Shown: piece after piece, positions 34,232 through 43,509 of the stretch
Position numbering within the stretch: position 1 is the first letter of the stretch
Layout of the letters: each line of letters opens with the position of its first letter
Source of the DNA: Treponemataceae bacterium
Lineage (GTDB): Bacteria; Spirochaetota; Spirochaetia; Treponematales; Rectinemataceae
DNA length: 64,000 nt
Reading direction: 5' to 3'
Assembly (NCBI GenBank): GCA_963667725.2
Contig: CAXXHO010000003.1
Span: forward strand, 1,280,001 to 1,344,000
Position numbers and translations under genes: made by a program
Notes under the pieces: model-generated
Database searches by the model: none
What the model was told of the DNA's origin: nothing
What the model saw: only the letters and a program-made list of their open reading frames with translations

Positions 34232-35241
34232 ACAGATTCGGAAGGATTTTCAGGGTCGAGCTTTTCGGGGAATCGCACGGCAGGGAAATCGGCGCCATCA
34301 TAGACGGCTGCCCGGCCGGGATTTCGCTCTCCGAAGAGGATTTCGAGGCAGATTTATCCCGACGGCGCTCGGGGCTCGCGGGCACTACGCCAAGAAGGGA
34401 ACAGGACGTACCCCGCATTCTTTCAGGCATCTACGAAGGCCATAGTTCAGGTTCGCCGATCTGCGTTTCCTTTCCCAACGAGGATACGCGGTCAAAGGAT
34501 TACGAACTTTTCGCGGCCGTCCCAAGGCCGGGTCACGCCGATTTCACCTCCCGGCACAAGTACGGAGGATTTGCTGACCCCCGCGGCTCTGGTCATTTTT
34601 CCGGCCGCATCACCGCGGGCCTCGTGGCCGCGGGCGTCATAGCCAAAAAAGTCCTGGGATCCGCCGTGTTCGATACGAAAATCCTGTCAGCCGGAGGCAG
34701 GCGGGACATTGAATCCTGCATCGCGGAGGCTGCCTCGCAGGACGATTCCGTCGGAGCCATCGTCGAAACCAGGGTCTCCGGTCTGCCGGTAGGCCTTGGT
34801 GAGCCCTTTTTCGATGCCTGCGAAAGCCTCATAGCCCACGCGGTATTCGCGGTGCCCGGCATACGCGGCGTGGAATTCGGCGACGGATTCGCCGCCGCGG
34901 CCATGAGGGGAAGCGCGCACAATGATCCCTTCGTCGACGCGAAAGGAACTACGCTCAGAAACGGATCCGGAGGCATCAACGGCGGCATAACCAACGGCAA
35001 CGAGCTAGTGGTAAGGGCGGCCGTAAAGCCCACTTCCTCGATAGCCGCGCCGCAGAAAACCTTCGACTTCGAACGGGGCCGCATGACGGAACTCGTCGTC
35101 GAAGGCCGCCACGACGCGTGCATCGCGCTGCGAAGCGCCGTTGTCATCGAAGCGGCGATCGCCATCGCCCTGGCCGATCTCTCGCTGGCCGCGGCGGCCA
35201 GCGCACCCAGAAAAAACGAAAATGACCGGAGGAAACCATGA
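34228..35241 (+). CDS. aroC: Chorismate synthase
   Basis: FGESHG, PRPGHADF, SGRITA, GLGEPFFD, GGINGGITNG, KPTSSI and GRHDAC motifs. Confidence 0.95.
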   Translation: MNRFGRIFRVELFGESHGREIGAIIDGCPAGISLSEEDFEADLSRRRSGLAGTTPRREQDVPRILSGIYEGHSSGSPICVSFPNEDTRSKDYELFAAVPRPGHADFTSRHKYGGFADPRGSGHFSGRITAGLVAAGVIAKKVLGSAVFDTKILSAGGRRDIESCIAEAASQDDSVGAIVETRVSGLPVGLGEPFFDACESLIAHAVFAVPGIRGVEFGDGFAAAAMRGSAHNDPFVDAKGTTLRNGSGGINGGITNGNELVVRAAVKPTSSIAAPQKTFDFERGRMTELVVEGRHDACIALRSAVVIEAAIAIALADLSLAAAASAPRKNENDRRKP

Positions 35242-36290
35242 AACTAGACGATCTGCGTCTCGACATCGACAAGATCGATGCCAAAATCCTGTCCCTGCTC
35301 AATGAAAGAATGGAAAAGGCGATGCTCACCAAGAAATTCAAGACCGGCATCGTCGACAAATCGCGCGAGGACGCCGTACTCGACAAGATCCGGCGTTCGA
35401 GCCACTGTCTCGTCGAACCTAAGTTCTCGGTCGATATCTATTCATTCATAATGTCGGAGAGCAAACGCCTTCAGTCGATGAATTTCAAGACGCTGGGATT
35501 CCAGGGAGAACACGGCGCCTATAGCGAAGTCGCCGCCAGGGCTCTCATGCCCCAGAGCGCGATGATGCCCTGCAGGGAATTCAGCGACGTATTCGAATCG
35601 GTAGCATCGGGCCTTTTCGACTACGGAATCGTCCCTGTCGAAAATACTCTTGGCGGTCTTGTTGGACCTGTTAATTCCATCCTCATCTATACCAATCTCA
35701 AGATCATCGCCGCCATCGATATGCCCGTAAAACACAGCCTCCTCTGCGTTCCCGGAGCCGATCACAGAGAGCTCCGCCACGTGTGGTCGCATTCCCAGGC
35801 GCTCGCCCAGTGCAGGAATTTCATCGCTCGCAACAATCTTGAACCGGTCCAGTACTATGATACGGCCGGAGCCGCCAAGGCGATAGCCGAGACGAGACCC
35901 AAAGGCGTGGCCGCGATAGCCAGCAAGTTCTGCGCCGACCTCTACGGCCTCGAGATCATCAAGGAAGACATACAGGATTCCGTCAATAATAGAACCCGTT
36001 TCTTCGTCCTTGCCCTGGAAGATTCGGCCGAAGACGGCGACAAGTGTTCAGCGGTCTTCACGGCCGGCGACAAGGCCGGCTCGCTCTTCTCCGTGCTCAA
36101 GGTATTCGCGGACGCGTCCATCAACCTGACGAGAATCGAGTCGGTACCGGATACGCCGGGCAAATACGCCATATTCATCGATTTTGAAGGTTCCAGCAGG
36201 AACGCGAAAGTCGCCGAGGCAATCAAGAGAGTCTCGGGAGCGGCCGAAGACTTCAAGGTACTGGGCTGTTACAAGGAAACGAGGCTCTAG
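35238..36290 (+). CDS. pheA: Bifunctional chorismate mutase/prephenate dehydratase
   Basis: N-terminal CM (LDDLRLDIDKID..LLNER); FQGEHGAYSE, PVENT, SHSQALAQC, NRTRF; ACT domain INLTRIES. Confidence 0.93.
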   Translation: MKLDDLRLDIDKIDAKILSLLNERMEKAMLTKKFKTGIVDKSREDAVLDKIRRSSHCLVEPKFSVDIYSFIMSESKRLQSMNFKTLGFQGEHGAYSEVAARALMPQSAMMPCREFSDVFESVASGLFDYGIVPVENTLGGLVGPVNSILIYTNLKIIAAIDMPVKHSLLCVPGADHRELRHVWSHSQALAQCRNFIARNNLEPVQYYDTAGAAKAIAETRPKGVAAIASKFCADLYGLEIIKEDIQDSVNNRTRFFVLALEDSAEDGDKCSAVFTAGDKAGSLFSVLKVFADASINLTRIESVPDTPGKYAIFIDFEGSSRNAKVAEAIKRVSGAAEDFKVLGCYKETRL

Positions 36291-36291
36291 C

Positions 36292-37068
36292 ATGAAAATA
36301 TTCATACTGGGAACGGGCAGGATGGGAGCCTGGCTAAGCGAGGAGCTTTGCTGGAATCACGAAGTGTGGGTGCACGATACCGATCCGCTGAAGATGAAGT
36401 ATTTCATGAAGGTCAACAGAATCCTGGATCTGGGCGAACTCGACGCGGTGAAACCCGAACTCTTCATCAACTGCGTCGCTCTTGGCGGAACAACCGAAGC
36501 CTTCGATGCCGTCATCCCCCATATTCCCGAGAGATGCATTCTGGCTGACATCGCCTCCGTCAAGGGAGATCTCAAGGATTATTATGAAAAGCTGGGCAGA
36601 CCCTTTGTCTCGAGCCACCCTATGTTCGGACCGACGGGCGCCAATATCCGCGATCTCCACGACGAAAGCGCCATAATCATCTCGGAATCCTGCGAGAAGG
36701 GAAAGGCGTTTTTCAGGGAGCTCTATGCTTCGCTCAAAATACGCATCTTCGATTATAGCTTCGAGGAACACGACAAGACGGTAGCGTATTCCCTCGCTAC
36801 GCCTTTCGCCTCCACCATGGTATTCGCGGCATGCATGAAAAAACAGGACGCTCCCGGCACCAATTTCAAGCGCCATATGACGATAGCGAAAGGACTTCTC
36901 TCGGAAGACGACAGACTCCTTACGGAAATCATGTTCAACAATTATACGATCCGCCAAATCGAACTCATCAATTCAAAGCTCGCCTACCTGTCGCATATCA
37001 TCCGCCAGCGCGATTATGATGAAATGAAAAAATTCCTCGACACGCTCCGCACGAACATCGCCGACTAA
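36292..37068 (+). CDS. tyrA: Prephenate dehydrogenase
   Basis: ILGTGRMG Rossmann motif, DIASVK, SHPMFGP and EEHD motifs. Confidence 0.9.
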   Translation: MKIFILGTGRMGAWLSEELCWNHEVWVHDTDPLKMKYFMKVNRILDLGELDAVKPELFINCVALGGTTEAFDAVIPHIPERCILADIASVKGDLKDYYEKLGRPFVSSHPMFGPTGANIRDLHDESAIIISESCEKGKAFFRELYASLKIRIFDYSFEEHDKTVAYSLATPFASTMVFAACMKKQDAPGTNFKRHMTIAKGLLSEDDRLLTEIMFNNYTIRQIELINSKLAYLSHIIRQRDYDEMKKFLDTLRTNIAD

Positions 37069-38342
37069 CCGCTGATCGAGGACAAGTCCTCGAAGAAATT
37101 CGGCCAGGACTTGGAAACGCACTCGCTTCCATGGATCTCGATGCCGCCCTTGGCTCCAAGGGCGGCGACGGCGGCCGCCATGGCCAGGCGATGATCTCCG
37201 AAGGCGTGGACCTCCCCGCCTTGGGTCTCCCCGCCTTTCACTAACATCGAATCTCCTTCCAGGCGCACGGAAACGCCAAGGGTCTCAAACATCGCTTTAA
37301 GGCTCGCCGCTCTGTCGCTTTCCTTGCCGCGCAGCCTATGAATGCCATGAAGGACGGATGTGCCGACGCATGCTGAGGCCAAGGTGACCAGGGGCGGGAA
37401 AAGGTCGGGACAATCGGTTGCGTCGAACTCGAAGGCATCGAGGCGCTCGCGGCTCACGGTCAAGACGTTGTTTTCCATCGCAAGCGACGCGCCCGCGGCC
37501 CTTGCGGCATCCACGACCGCCTTGTCGGGCTGACTCGAATCCAGCCGCAGCCCCCTGATCGCGAGTCCCGATTCCCCGGCCGCGATGGCCGCGGCTACGA
37601 TGAGGAAGGCCGCTCCGCTCCAGTCTCCTTCCACCTTGAATTCGGCGGACTTGTAGCTTTGTCCTCTTTTTATCCAAAACCTGGAATAATCCTCGTTCCT
37701 TTCAATGCTGACGCCGAAGGCCGCGCAGGTACCTATGGTGAGGTCGAGATAGCCTTTGCTGACGGCATGAAGGACTTCCAGTTCCGAATCGCGCGGCGCG
37801 AGCGGGAGGGCGATGAGAAGGCCCGTAAGAAGCTGGGAACTTTCGCCGGCGTCTATTTCCGCGTTTCCGCCCGCGAGTGGTCCCTTGATAAAAAGCGGGG
37901 CATGGCCGCTAGAGCTCGCGCATTCGACGCCCAGCGCCTTCAAGGGACCTTCCACCATTCCCATGGGACGGCCGGCGAGAGACCCTCGCCCGTTCAGCCT
38001 CGTGGCTGAACCCAGAAGCGCCGCTATCGGCGAGAACATGCGCATGCAGAGTCCCGATTCCCCGCAGTCCAGCTCTAGCTCGCCTTGGGCGGCCTTTCCG
38101 GAGCCATCGGCAAAAAGCGGCGAACCTTCGATCGAAACGACGCTTCCGTCGATCCGGATAGAAGCGCCCAGACCCCTCGCCAGGCGCAGCGCCGACTCCG
38201 AATCGGCGCAGAGTTCGGCGCCGCGAAGGACGCTCCTTCCCCTGGCCAGCATCGCGCATGCCACGGCTCTCTGCATCGAACTCTTCGACGCCGGGGCGTC
38301 TATGATTCCGGAAATAGTATTCTTTTCGCAGCGGCGTATCAT
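37065..38342 (-). CDS. aroA: 3-phosphoshikimate 1-carboxyvinyltransferase (EPSP synthase)
   Basis: PASKS, DCGESGL, GSLAGRPM, SSQLLTGLL, EGDWS, CPDL, LRGKESDR, DHRLAMA and VSKSWPNF motifs. Confidence 0.95.
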   Translation of the reverse strand: MIRRCEKNTISGIIDAPASKSSMQRAVACAMLARGRSVLRGAELCADSESALRLARGLGASIRIDGSVVSIEGSPLFADGSGKAAQGELELDCGESGLCMRMFSPIAALLGSATRLNGRGSLAGRPMGMVEGPLKALGVECASSSGHAPLFIKGPLAGGNAEIDAGESSQLLTGLLIALPLAPRDSELEVLHAVSKGYLDLTIGTCAAFGVSIERNEDYSRFWIKRGQSYKSAEFKVEGDWSGAAFLIVAAAIAAGESGLAIRGLRLDSSQPDKAVVDAARAAGASLAMENNVLTVSRERLDAFEFDATDCPDLFPPLVTLASACVGTSVLHGIHRLRGKESDRAASLKAMFETLGVSVRLEGDSMLVKGGETQGGEVHAFGDHRLAMAAAVAALGAKGGIEIHGSECVSKSWPNFFEDLSSISG

Positions 38343-38448
38343 CGGATTATATTCCCCTTACGGTCATGCGTGGCGTTGTTAAGTCGCCCGTGTCAGATCA
38401 CTATACCAGATCATTAGGCATTTATGCATTCCCGGGCTGCGGATGCGT

Positions 38449-38487
38449 AAAAAAAGAGCCGATCGCTTATCGCGACCGGCTCTTTCT
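38449..38487 (-). terminator. Intrinsic terminator after gdhA
   Basis: AAAGAGCCG-TCGC/GCGA-CGGCTCTTT stem with an A7 tract that reads as a U-tract on the minus strand. Confidence 0.75.
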
Positions 38488-38540
38488 ATTTAGAAATCGG
38501 ATACTTCCGCCCAACTCAAAAAGAAGCATTCCGGCTGGAA

Positions 38541-39887
38541 TCAGACGAGACCCTGGGCGAGCATCGCCTCGGCGACTTTCTGGAATCCGGCGATGTTGGC
38601 GCCGACGACATAGTTGCCGTCGAAACCATACCTGGCCGCCGTTTCCGCGCAGGTCTTGTGGATCTGGACCATGATGGCGTGGAGTTTGTCGTCCACTTCT
38701 TCAGCCGTCCAGTTGAGTCTCATGGAGTTCTGTGTCATCTCAATGCCTGAAGTCGCGACGCCGCCCGCGTTCGCGGCCTTGCCGGGCGCGAAGGGAATCT
38801 TTTTCTCGACATAGAGCTTCCAAGCTTCGGGAGTGCAGCCCATATTGCTCACTTCGACGACGGTCATGACGCCGTTGGCGATCAGGAGCTTCGCGTCCTC
38901 GCCGTTCATCTCGTTCTGGATGGCGCAGGGCATGGCGATGTCGACCTTCTGAATCCAGGGTTTCTTGCCGGCGACGAACTTGGCCTTGGGGAATTTCTTG
39001 GCGTAAGTTTCGCACTTATTCCTGTCGATGACGAGCATTTCCTTGAGATAGTCCCACTTTTCCTCGGTGCCGATGCCGTCGGGATCGAAGATGTAGCCGT
39101 CGGGGCCGGAGATGGTCACGACCTTGGCGCCGAGCTGGCTGGCTTTCACGCAGACGCCCCAGGCCACGTTTCCGAAACCGGAAACGGCGATGGTCTTGCC
39201 CGCTATGCTGTCGTTCTTGAGCTTGAGCATTTCCTTGAGGAAATAGGTGGCGCCGAAACCGGTGGCTTCGGGACGGACAAGGGATCCGCCGAAGGACATG
39301 CCCTTGCCGGTGAGAACGCCGGTGAACTCGTTGGCGAGTCTCTTGTACTGGCCGAAGAGATACCCTACTTCCCTGCCGCCGACGCCGATGTCGCCGGCCG
39401 GAACGTCGGTGTCCGGACCTATGTGGCGGAAGAGTTCGGTCATGAAGCTCTGGCAGAAACGCATGATCTCGTTATCGCTCTTGCCGTTCGGATCGAAGTC
39501 GGAGCCGCCCTTGCCGCCGCCCATGGGAAGGCCTGTGAGGCTGTTCTTGAAGGTCTGCTCGAAACCGAGGAACTTGAGCGTTGAAAGCGTGACTTTCGGA
39601 TGGAAGCGAAGACCGCCCTTGTAGGGGCCGATCGCGGAGTTGAACTGGACTCTGTAGCCGCGGTTGATATGGTATTCGCCCTTATCGTCAACCCAGGGAA
39701 CCCTGAACATAATGGTTCGCTCGGGCTCGACGATCCTCTCGAGGATCTTCTGGGCCTTGTATTTTGGCTCAGCTTCGATGACCGGAGCGATGGACTCGAG
39801 GACTTCTTCGGCAGCCTGGAGAAACTCGGTTTCCCAAGGACAACGTGCGCGCAGGTCATCGAGAACTTGTTTTATGTAGGAATTCAT
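38541..39887 (-). CDS. gdhA: Glutamate dehydrogenase (hexameric, NAD(P)-dependent)
   Basis: GPYKGGLRFHP, FEQTFKNSLTGLPMGGGKGG, DVPAGDIGVG, RPEATG, GFGNVA and KAANAGGVA motifs; AAGGAGG RBS; strong codon bias. Confidence 0.97.
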   Translation of the reverse strand: MNSYIKQVLDDLRARCPWETEFLQAAEEVLESIAPVIEAEPKYKAQKILERIVEPERTIMFRVPWVDDKGEYHINRGYRVQFNSAIGPYKGGLRFHPKVTLSTLKFLGFEQTFKNSLTGLPMGGGKGGSDFDPNGKSDNEIMRFCQSFMTELFRHIGPDTDVPAGDIGVGGREVGYLFGQYKRLANEFTGVLTGKGMSFGGSLVRPEATGFGATYFLKEMLKLKNDSIAGKTIAVSGFGNVAWGVCVKASQLGAKVVTISGPDGYIFDPDGIGTEEKWDYLKEMLVIDRNKCETYAKKFPKAKFVAGKKPWIQKVDIAMPCAIQNEMNGEDAKLLIANGVMTVVEVSNMGCTPEAWKLYVEKKIPFAPGKAANAGGVATSGIEMTQNSMRLNWTAEEVDDKLHAIMVQIHKTCAETAARYGFDGNYVVGANIAGFQKVAEAMLAQGLV

Positions 39888-39949
39888 TCGACCCTCCTTG
39901 TGGGTTTTTGGGGAAATTTTCATATCGCTGGTGATGTGTCAGCGGTTTT

Positions 39950-39978
39950 ATTCTATACCTGGTTATCGATTCCGGCAA
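39950..39978 (-). promoter_or_regulatory. Sigma70-type promoter of gdhA
   Basis: TTGCCG-17 nt-TAGAAT, with an AT-rich tract upstream. Confidence 0.6.
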
Positions 39979-40055
39979 GTAAAATTACATCTTGAAACGA
40001 TGTTTTAAATATTGAAACATTTGTGAATGAATATGCAGGTTTTTCATATGATAGT

Positions 40056-40859
40056 TCATTGCCCAGGCTCAACGCCCTTCTCGTTTTCCTCATCGTCCTT
40101 CAGGGACTTTTCGATTTTTACGGATAGTATCCTGTATGCTTCCATGGTCTGAATGGTGAAGATAGCCGCATCCGTCGCGATGCTCTCATTTTCGGTCGGG
40201 ATTCGGCCGAAAAGATCGAAAACATAGCCGGCGAGGCTGTCGAATTCTTGTTCGGAAAGGTCGATGCCTATCTTCTCGCTAACCTCGTCGAGATGAACGC
40301 GAGCGTCGCATAGCCATGTCCGCGGCCCCACCTGGATGACGTCCTCGGCTTCGTCGTCGTACTCATCCTGTATCTCGCCGACGATCTCCTCGATTATATC
40401 TTCCATGCAGACGATGCCCGAAGTCCCGCCGTATTCGTCCAGGACAACGGCGATATGCACTCTTCTTCGCTTGAATTCACGCAGGAGGCTGTCGATTCGT
40501 TTTGTTTCGGGCACGAAAAAGGGTTTGCGCGCCAAGGCGAGAATATTGATGTCCTGCTTATGGATGAGGGCGGCCATGACATCTTTGGCGTAGAGGATTC
40601 CGACGACATTGTCCATCGATTCTTTGTACACGGGAATGCGCGAGTGACCGGATTCGATCAGCGTGTCGAAAACCTCGCCCAAAGCGGCGTCCGAAGCGAT
40701 GAACACCGTGTCCGTGCGCGGAACCATCACTTCCTTGACCGTGGTTTCCGAGAGCTGTTCGACCCCTTCGATCATCTCCATCTGTTCTATGGCCTCGGGC
40801 TCGTCGCTTTTTCTGGGCTCCTGGCTTTTCTTTCCGAATAGGCTAAGAAAGGGACTCAC
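40056..40859 (-). CDS. CorC/HlyC-family CBS-domain protein
   Basis: VKEVMVPR, SGHSRIPVY, VVLDEYGGTSGIV.MEDIIEEIVGEIQDEYD motifs and a CorC_HlyC C-terminal domain. Confidence 0.9.
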   Translation of the reverse strand: MSPFLSLFGKKSQEPRKSDEPEAIEQMEMIEGVEQLSETTVKEVMVPRTDTVFIASDAALGEVFDTLIESGHSRIPVYKESMDNVVGILYAKDVMAALIHKQDINILALARKPFFVPETKRIDSLLREFKRRRVHIAVVLDEYGGTSGIVCMEDIIEEIVGEIQDEYDDEAEDVIQVGPRTWLCDARVHLDEVSEKIGIDLSEQEFDSLAGYVFDLFGRIPTENESIATDAAIFTIQTMEAYRILSVKIEKSLKDDEENEKGVEPGQ

Positions 40860-41308
40860 AGTATTCTTTCTCCCTGGACTGTTTTCAATATGGCTTCCTG
40901 CTCCACAAGCATCGGCTGGAGCGGGCTGTTGTCTTCGTGATCCATGCCTGACAGATGCAGAATACCATGGATTATAAGTCTTTTCAGCTCCTCGTCCCGG
41001 CTGACATCGAATTCTTCGGCGTTCCTGGCGAGAGATGGAATGCTGATGACAATGTCTCCAGCGATAAAAATAGTGTTGCCCTCTTCCTCGATGCTGTCAC
41101 CCATCGAGAAAGAGAGAACATCCGTCGCCTCGTCCTTGTTCCTGTAGTCGCGGTTCAGTGTTCTTATGAAATCATCGCCGCAGAATAGAAGCGACAGCAC
41201 CCAGTTGTCTTTTCCGATGGACTCAAGGGCGCGAAGGGCGAACGCTTCGGCCTTCCCGAGCCATGAAGGCTCCTCAATGTCTCGCCAATCGAGGCTGATC
41301 TTGTTCAT
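40856..41308 (-). CDS. ybeY: Endoribonuclease YbeY
   Basis: LNRDYRNKDEATDVLSF, GDIVIS and HGILHLSGMDH motifs. Confidence 0.95.
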   Translation of the reverse strand: MNKISLDWRDIEEPSWLGKAEAFALRALESIGKDNWVLSLLFCGDDFIRTLNRDYRNKDEATDVLSFSMGDSIEEEGNTIFIAGDIVISIPSLARNAEEFDVSRDEELKRLIIHGILHLSGMDHEDNSPLQPMLVEQEAILKTVQGERIL

Positions 41309-43509
41309 TGTCCCTGTTCCTTCTGCTTTGGGTATTCGATCCTGGAATGAAACTGACCGGCCATTATCCGCACGAAGGAATGCCGTATGACTTCCAAGTC
41401 TCTCAGGGTAAGCTCGCAGTCGTCCAGCTGTCCTTCCTGTATCTTGTCGAGTATGAGCTGGTGGACATGGGCATCGAGACGCGGGACGGAGGGTTTCTTG
41501 AGGGTGCGGGTGGAGGCTTCGACGGCGTCGGCAAGCATGACTATGCCGGACTCCTTATTGGCCGGCGGGAAGCCGGGGTAGGAAAAATCTTCCTTGCGTA
41601 TGGAGTCGTCAGCTTTTTTAGCCTTATCGTAAAACCAGGCGATGACGGAGTTGCCGTGATGCTGGGCTATGATATCGACGACAGCCTTGGGAAGCTTGAG
41701 GCTCCTGGCCTTCTCGACACCGATCTTCACATGGCTGCGTATCACCGTGGCCGATAGGCGGGGATTTATATCGTCATGCTTGTTGACGCCCCGCTGATTT
41801 TCTACGAAATACTCGGACTGCTCGATTTTACCTATGTCGTGATAGTAGGCGCCTACTCGAGCGAGGAGGGGGTTGGCGCCGATATCCTCGGCGGCGGCCT
41901 CGGCAAGGTGGGCGACATTCATGGAATGCGAATAGGTCCCGGGAGCCTGGGTGAGCAATTCCTTAAGGGCCGGCGAATTCACGTCCGACAGCTCAAGGAG
42001 CCGGAATCGCGTCGGAAGGTTGAACGATTGCTCCAAAATGGGCAGGATGGCCAGGATGAAGGCGCAGCTGATGAATCCGTTCAGCGCCAGATACCCCGAG
42101 AGGGAGAGAAGCTCGGCGATTCTAAGCCCCTGTTGAACAAGCAGGATGAGGGCGAGCAGGAACTGGACGCCGGCTTGGAAGACAGCGGCCAGCACGAGGT
42201 TGACCCTTGTCTTGGCCGAGCTGATCATGAAGGTCGCGAATATTCCCGAAAAGATGACAAAAACGATGTAGTAGGGGTTCAGGTTGGAAGCCGAAGCGGC
42301 CAGCATCCCGAGCACGATGGAGAAAGAAAAAGAGAAGCGCTGCCCGGCAAGAGCCGCGCCGATTCCCGTAAAAAGCGCCACGGGAATGAGATAAGCCCCT
42401 TCGAACTGGAATTCTCCCGCGCTGGTTCTGCTCGCGAGAAGGACAATCACGTAGAAGACGAGGGCGCTGTAGACGCACATGAGGACGCCGTTCGTGCCGG
42501 CGGCGCCGTATTCCGCGTCCTTCTTCCTGAGGAGGAAAAATCCGAGGCTCGCGGAAGCCAGAAGCATACCCAGACTCCGCATGGAGAGGCCGATTTCCGA
42601 ACGGGATACGGCGCCGCGGATAGCCTGGAGCCTGGCAAAATTTTCATCGGTCACCATTTCGCCCTTGCGGATCAGCAGCTCATTCTTGCCGACGGCGCGG
42701 GTTACTGGATCTACCTTGGCGCCAACTTTGCGCAGCCGGGTAAGGGAGGTCGCTTCGTCAAAAAAGACGTTCTCCGTCACGAAGCCTGTCACAAGGCCCT
42801 CGACGATGCCAGAGAGGGGGCGGGCCAAATGTTTGAGGGAAATTTCCTCGTCGATCAGCCTCCCGATTTCGCTTTTGGTGACCATGGAGTTCCTGGGGCG
42901 CTGCTCCAGTTCGGTTTTGTCGTTCACGAGGCGACGCAGCTCGAAATAATCCTGGTTGAAGCGGCTCAATCCTTCGGTAGGAAGCGAGAAGACACCGTTC
43001 CCGAGTATTCTCCCCAGTATATCCTTCGCGTAGACGAGGGCTTGGGCTTTGAGAGAGGATTTCGCCAGGGCAAAAAGGGTTTCTCTTGGCAAGGTTCCGG
43101 GGAACTTGCTCTGAAGCATCAGGATGCCTGTCTCGAGAGCGATATCCTGATCCATGAGCTCCCTGAAGCTGTTGGAGAAATTATCATACTGATCGAGCAT
43201 TCTTCTGGTGATGCCGCTGTCGAGCTGAAAAACGGGAAGGACGAGTCGTTCCTCGGCGTCTACTCTTAGGCGTGTAGCTTCGGCGTCGACATAGACGACG
43301 TCTTTGCCCGCGGTGATATCCCTATCCGCGATGTTGCCTGGAGCCAAGCCCTCGAAATTGCGCTTGACGGCCACCGAGCCCGGTCCGAGAAAGAAAAGGA
43401 ACAAGGCGGCCAACCCCAGGCTGATGAAAAAGTGAAGGCTAAAGAACTTGTCTCTGGCCGGATCCACGGAGAAGACTCCTCGCTTGCCGGGAGAAACGGT
43501 ATCATTCAT
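41305..43509 (-). CDS. 7TM-HD (HDIG) phosphohydrolase, PgpH-like
   Basis: Large extracytoplasmic domain, about 7 TM helices, then APGTYSHS, YYHDIGK, SHV, QHHG and MLAD; start 43509 or 43515 overlaps the phoH stop. Confidence 0.9.
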   Translation of the reverse strand: MNDTVSPGKRGVFSVDPARDKFFSLHFFISLGLAALFLFFLGPGSVAVKRNFEGLAPGNIADRDITAGKDVVYVDAEATRLRVDAEERLVLPVFQLDSGITRRMLDQYDNFSNSFRELMDQDIALETGILMLQSKFPGTLPRETLFALAKSSLKAQALVYAKDILGRILGNGVFSLPTEGLSRFNQDYFELRRLVNDKTELEQRPRNSMVTKSEIGRLIDEEISLKHLARPLSGIVEGLVTGFVTENVFFDEATSLTRLRKVGAKVDPVTRAVGKNELLIRKGEMVTDENFARLQAIRGAVSRSEIGLSMRSLGMLLASASLGFFLLRKKDAEYGAAGTNGVLMCVYSALVFYVIVLLASRTSAGEFQFEGAYLIPVALFTGIGAALAGQRFSFSFSIVLGMLAASASNLNPYYIVFVIFSGIFATFMISSAKTRVNLVLAAVFQAGVQFLLALILLVQQGLRIAELLSLSGYLALNGFISCAFILAILPILEQSFNLPTRFRLLELSDVNSPALKELLTQAPGTYSHSMNVAHLAEAAAEDIGANPLLARVGAYYHDIGKIEQSEYFVENQRGVNKHDDINPRLSATVIRSHVKIGVEKARSLKLPKAVVDIIAQHHGNSVIAWFYDKAKKADDSIRKEDFSYPGFPPANKESGIVMLADAVEASTRTLKKPSVPRLDAHVHQLILDKIQEGQLDDCELTLRDLEVIRHSFVRIMAGQFHSRIEYPKQKEQGQ

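Noticed and set aside
38343..38360. aroA as a leaderless gene (TATAAT just upstream)
   Set aside because: Only 3 nt separate the hexamer and the ATG, too short for the pattern
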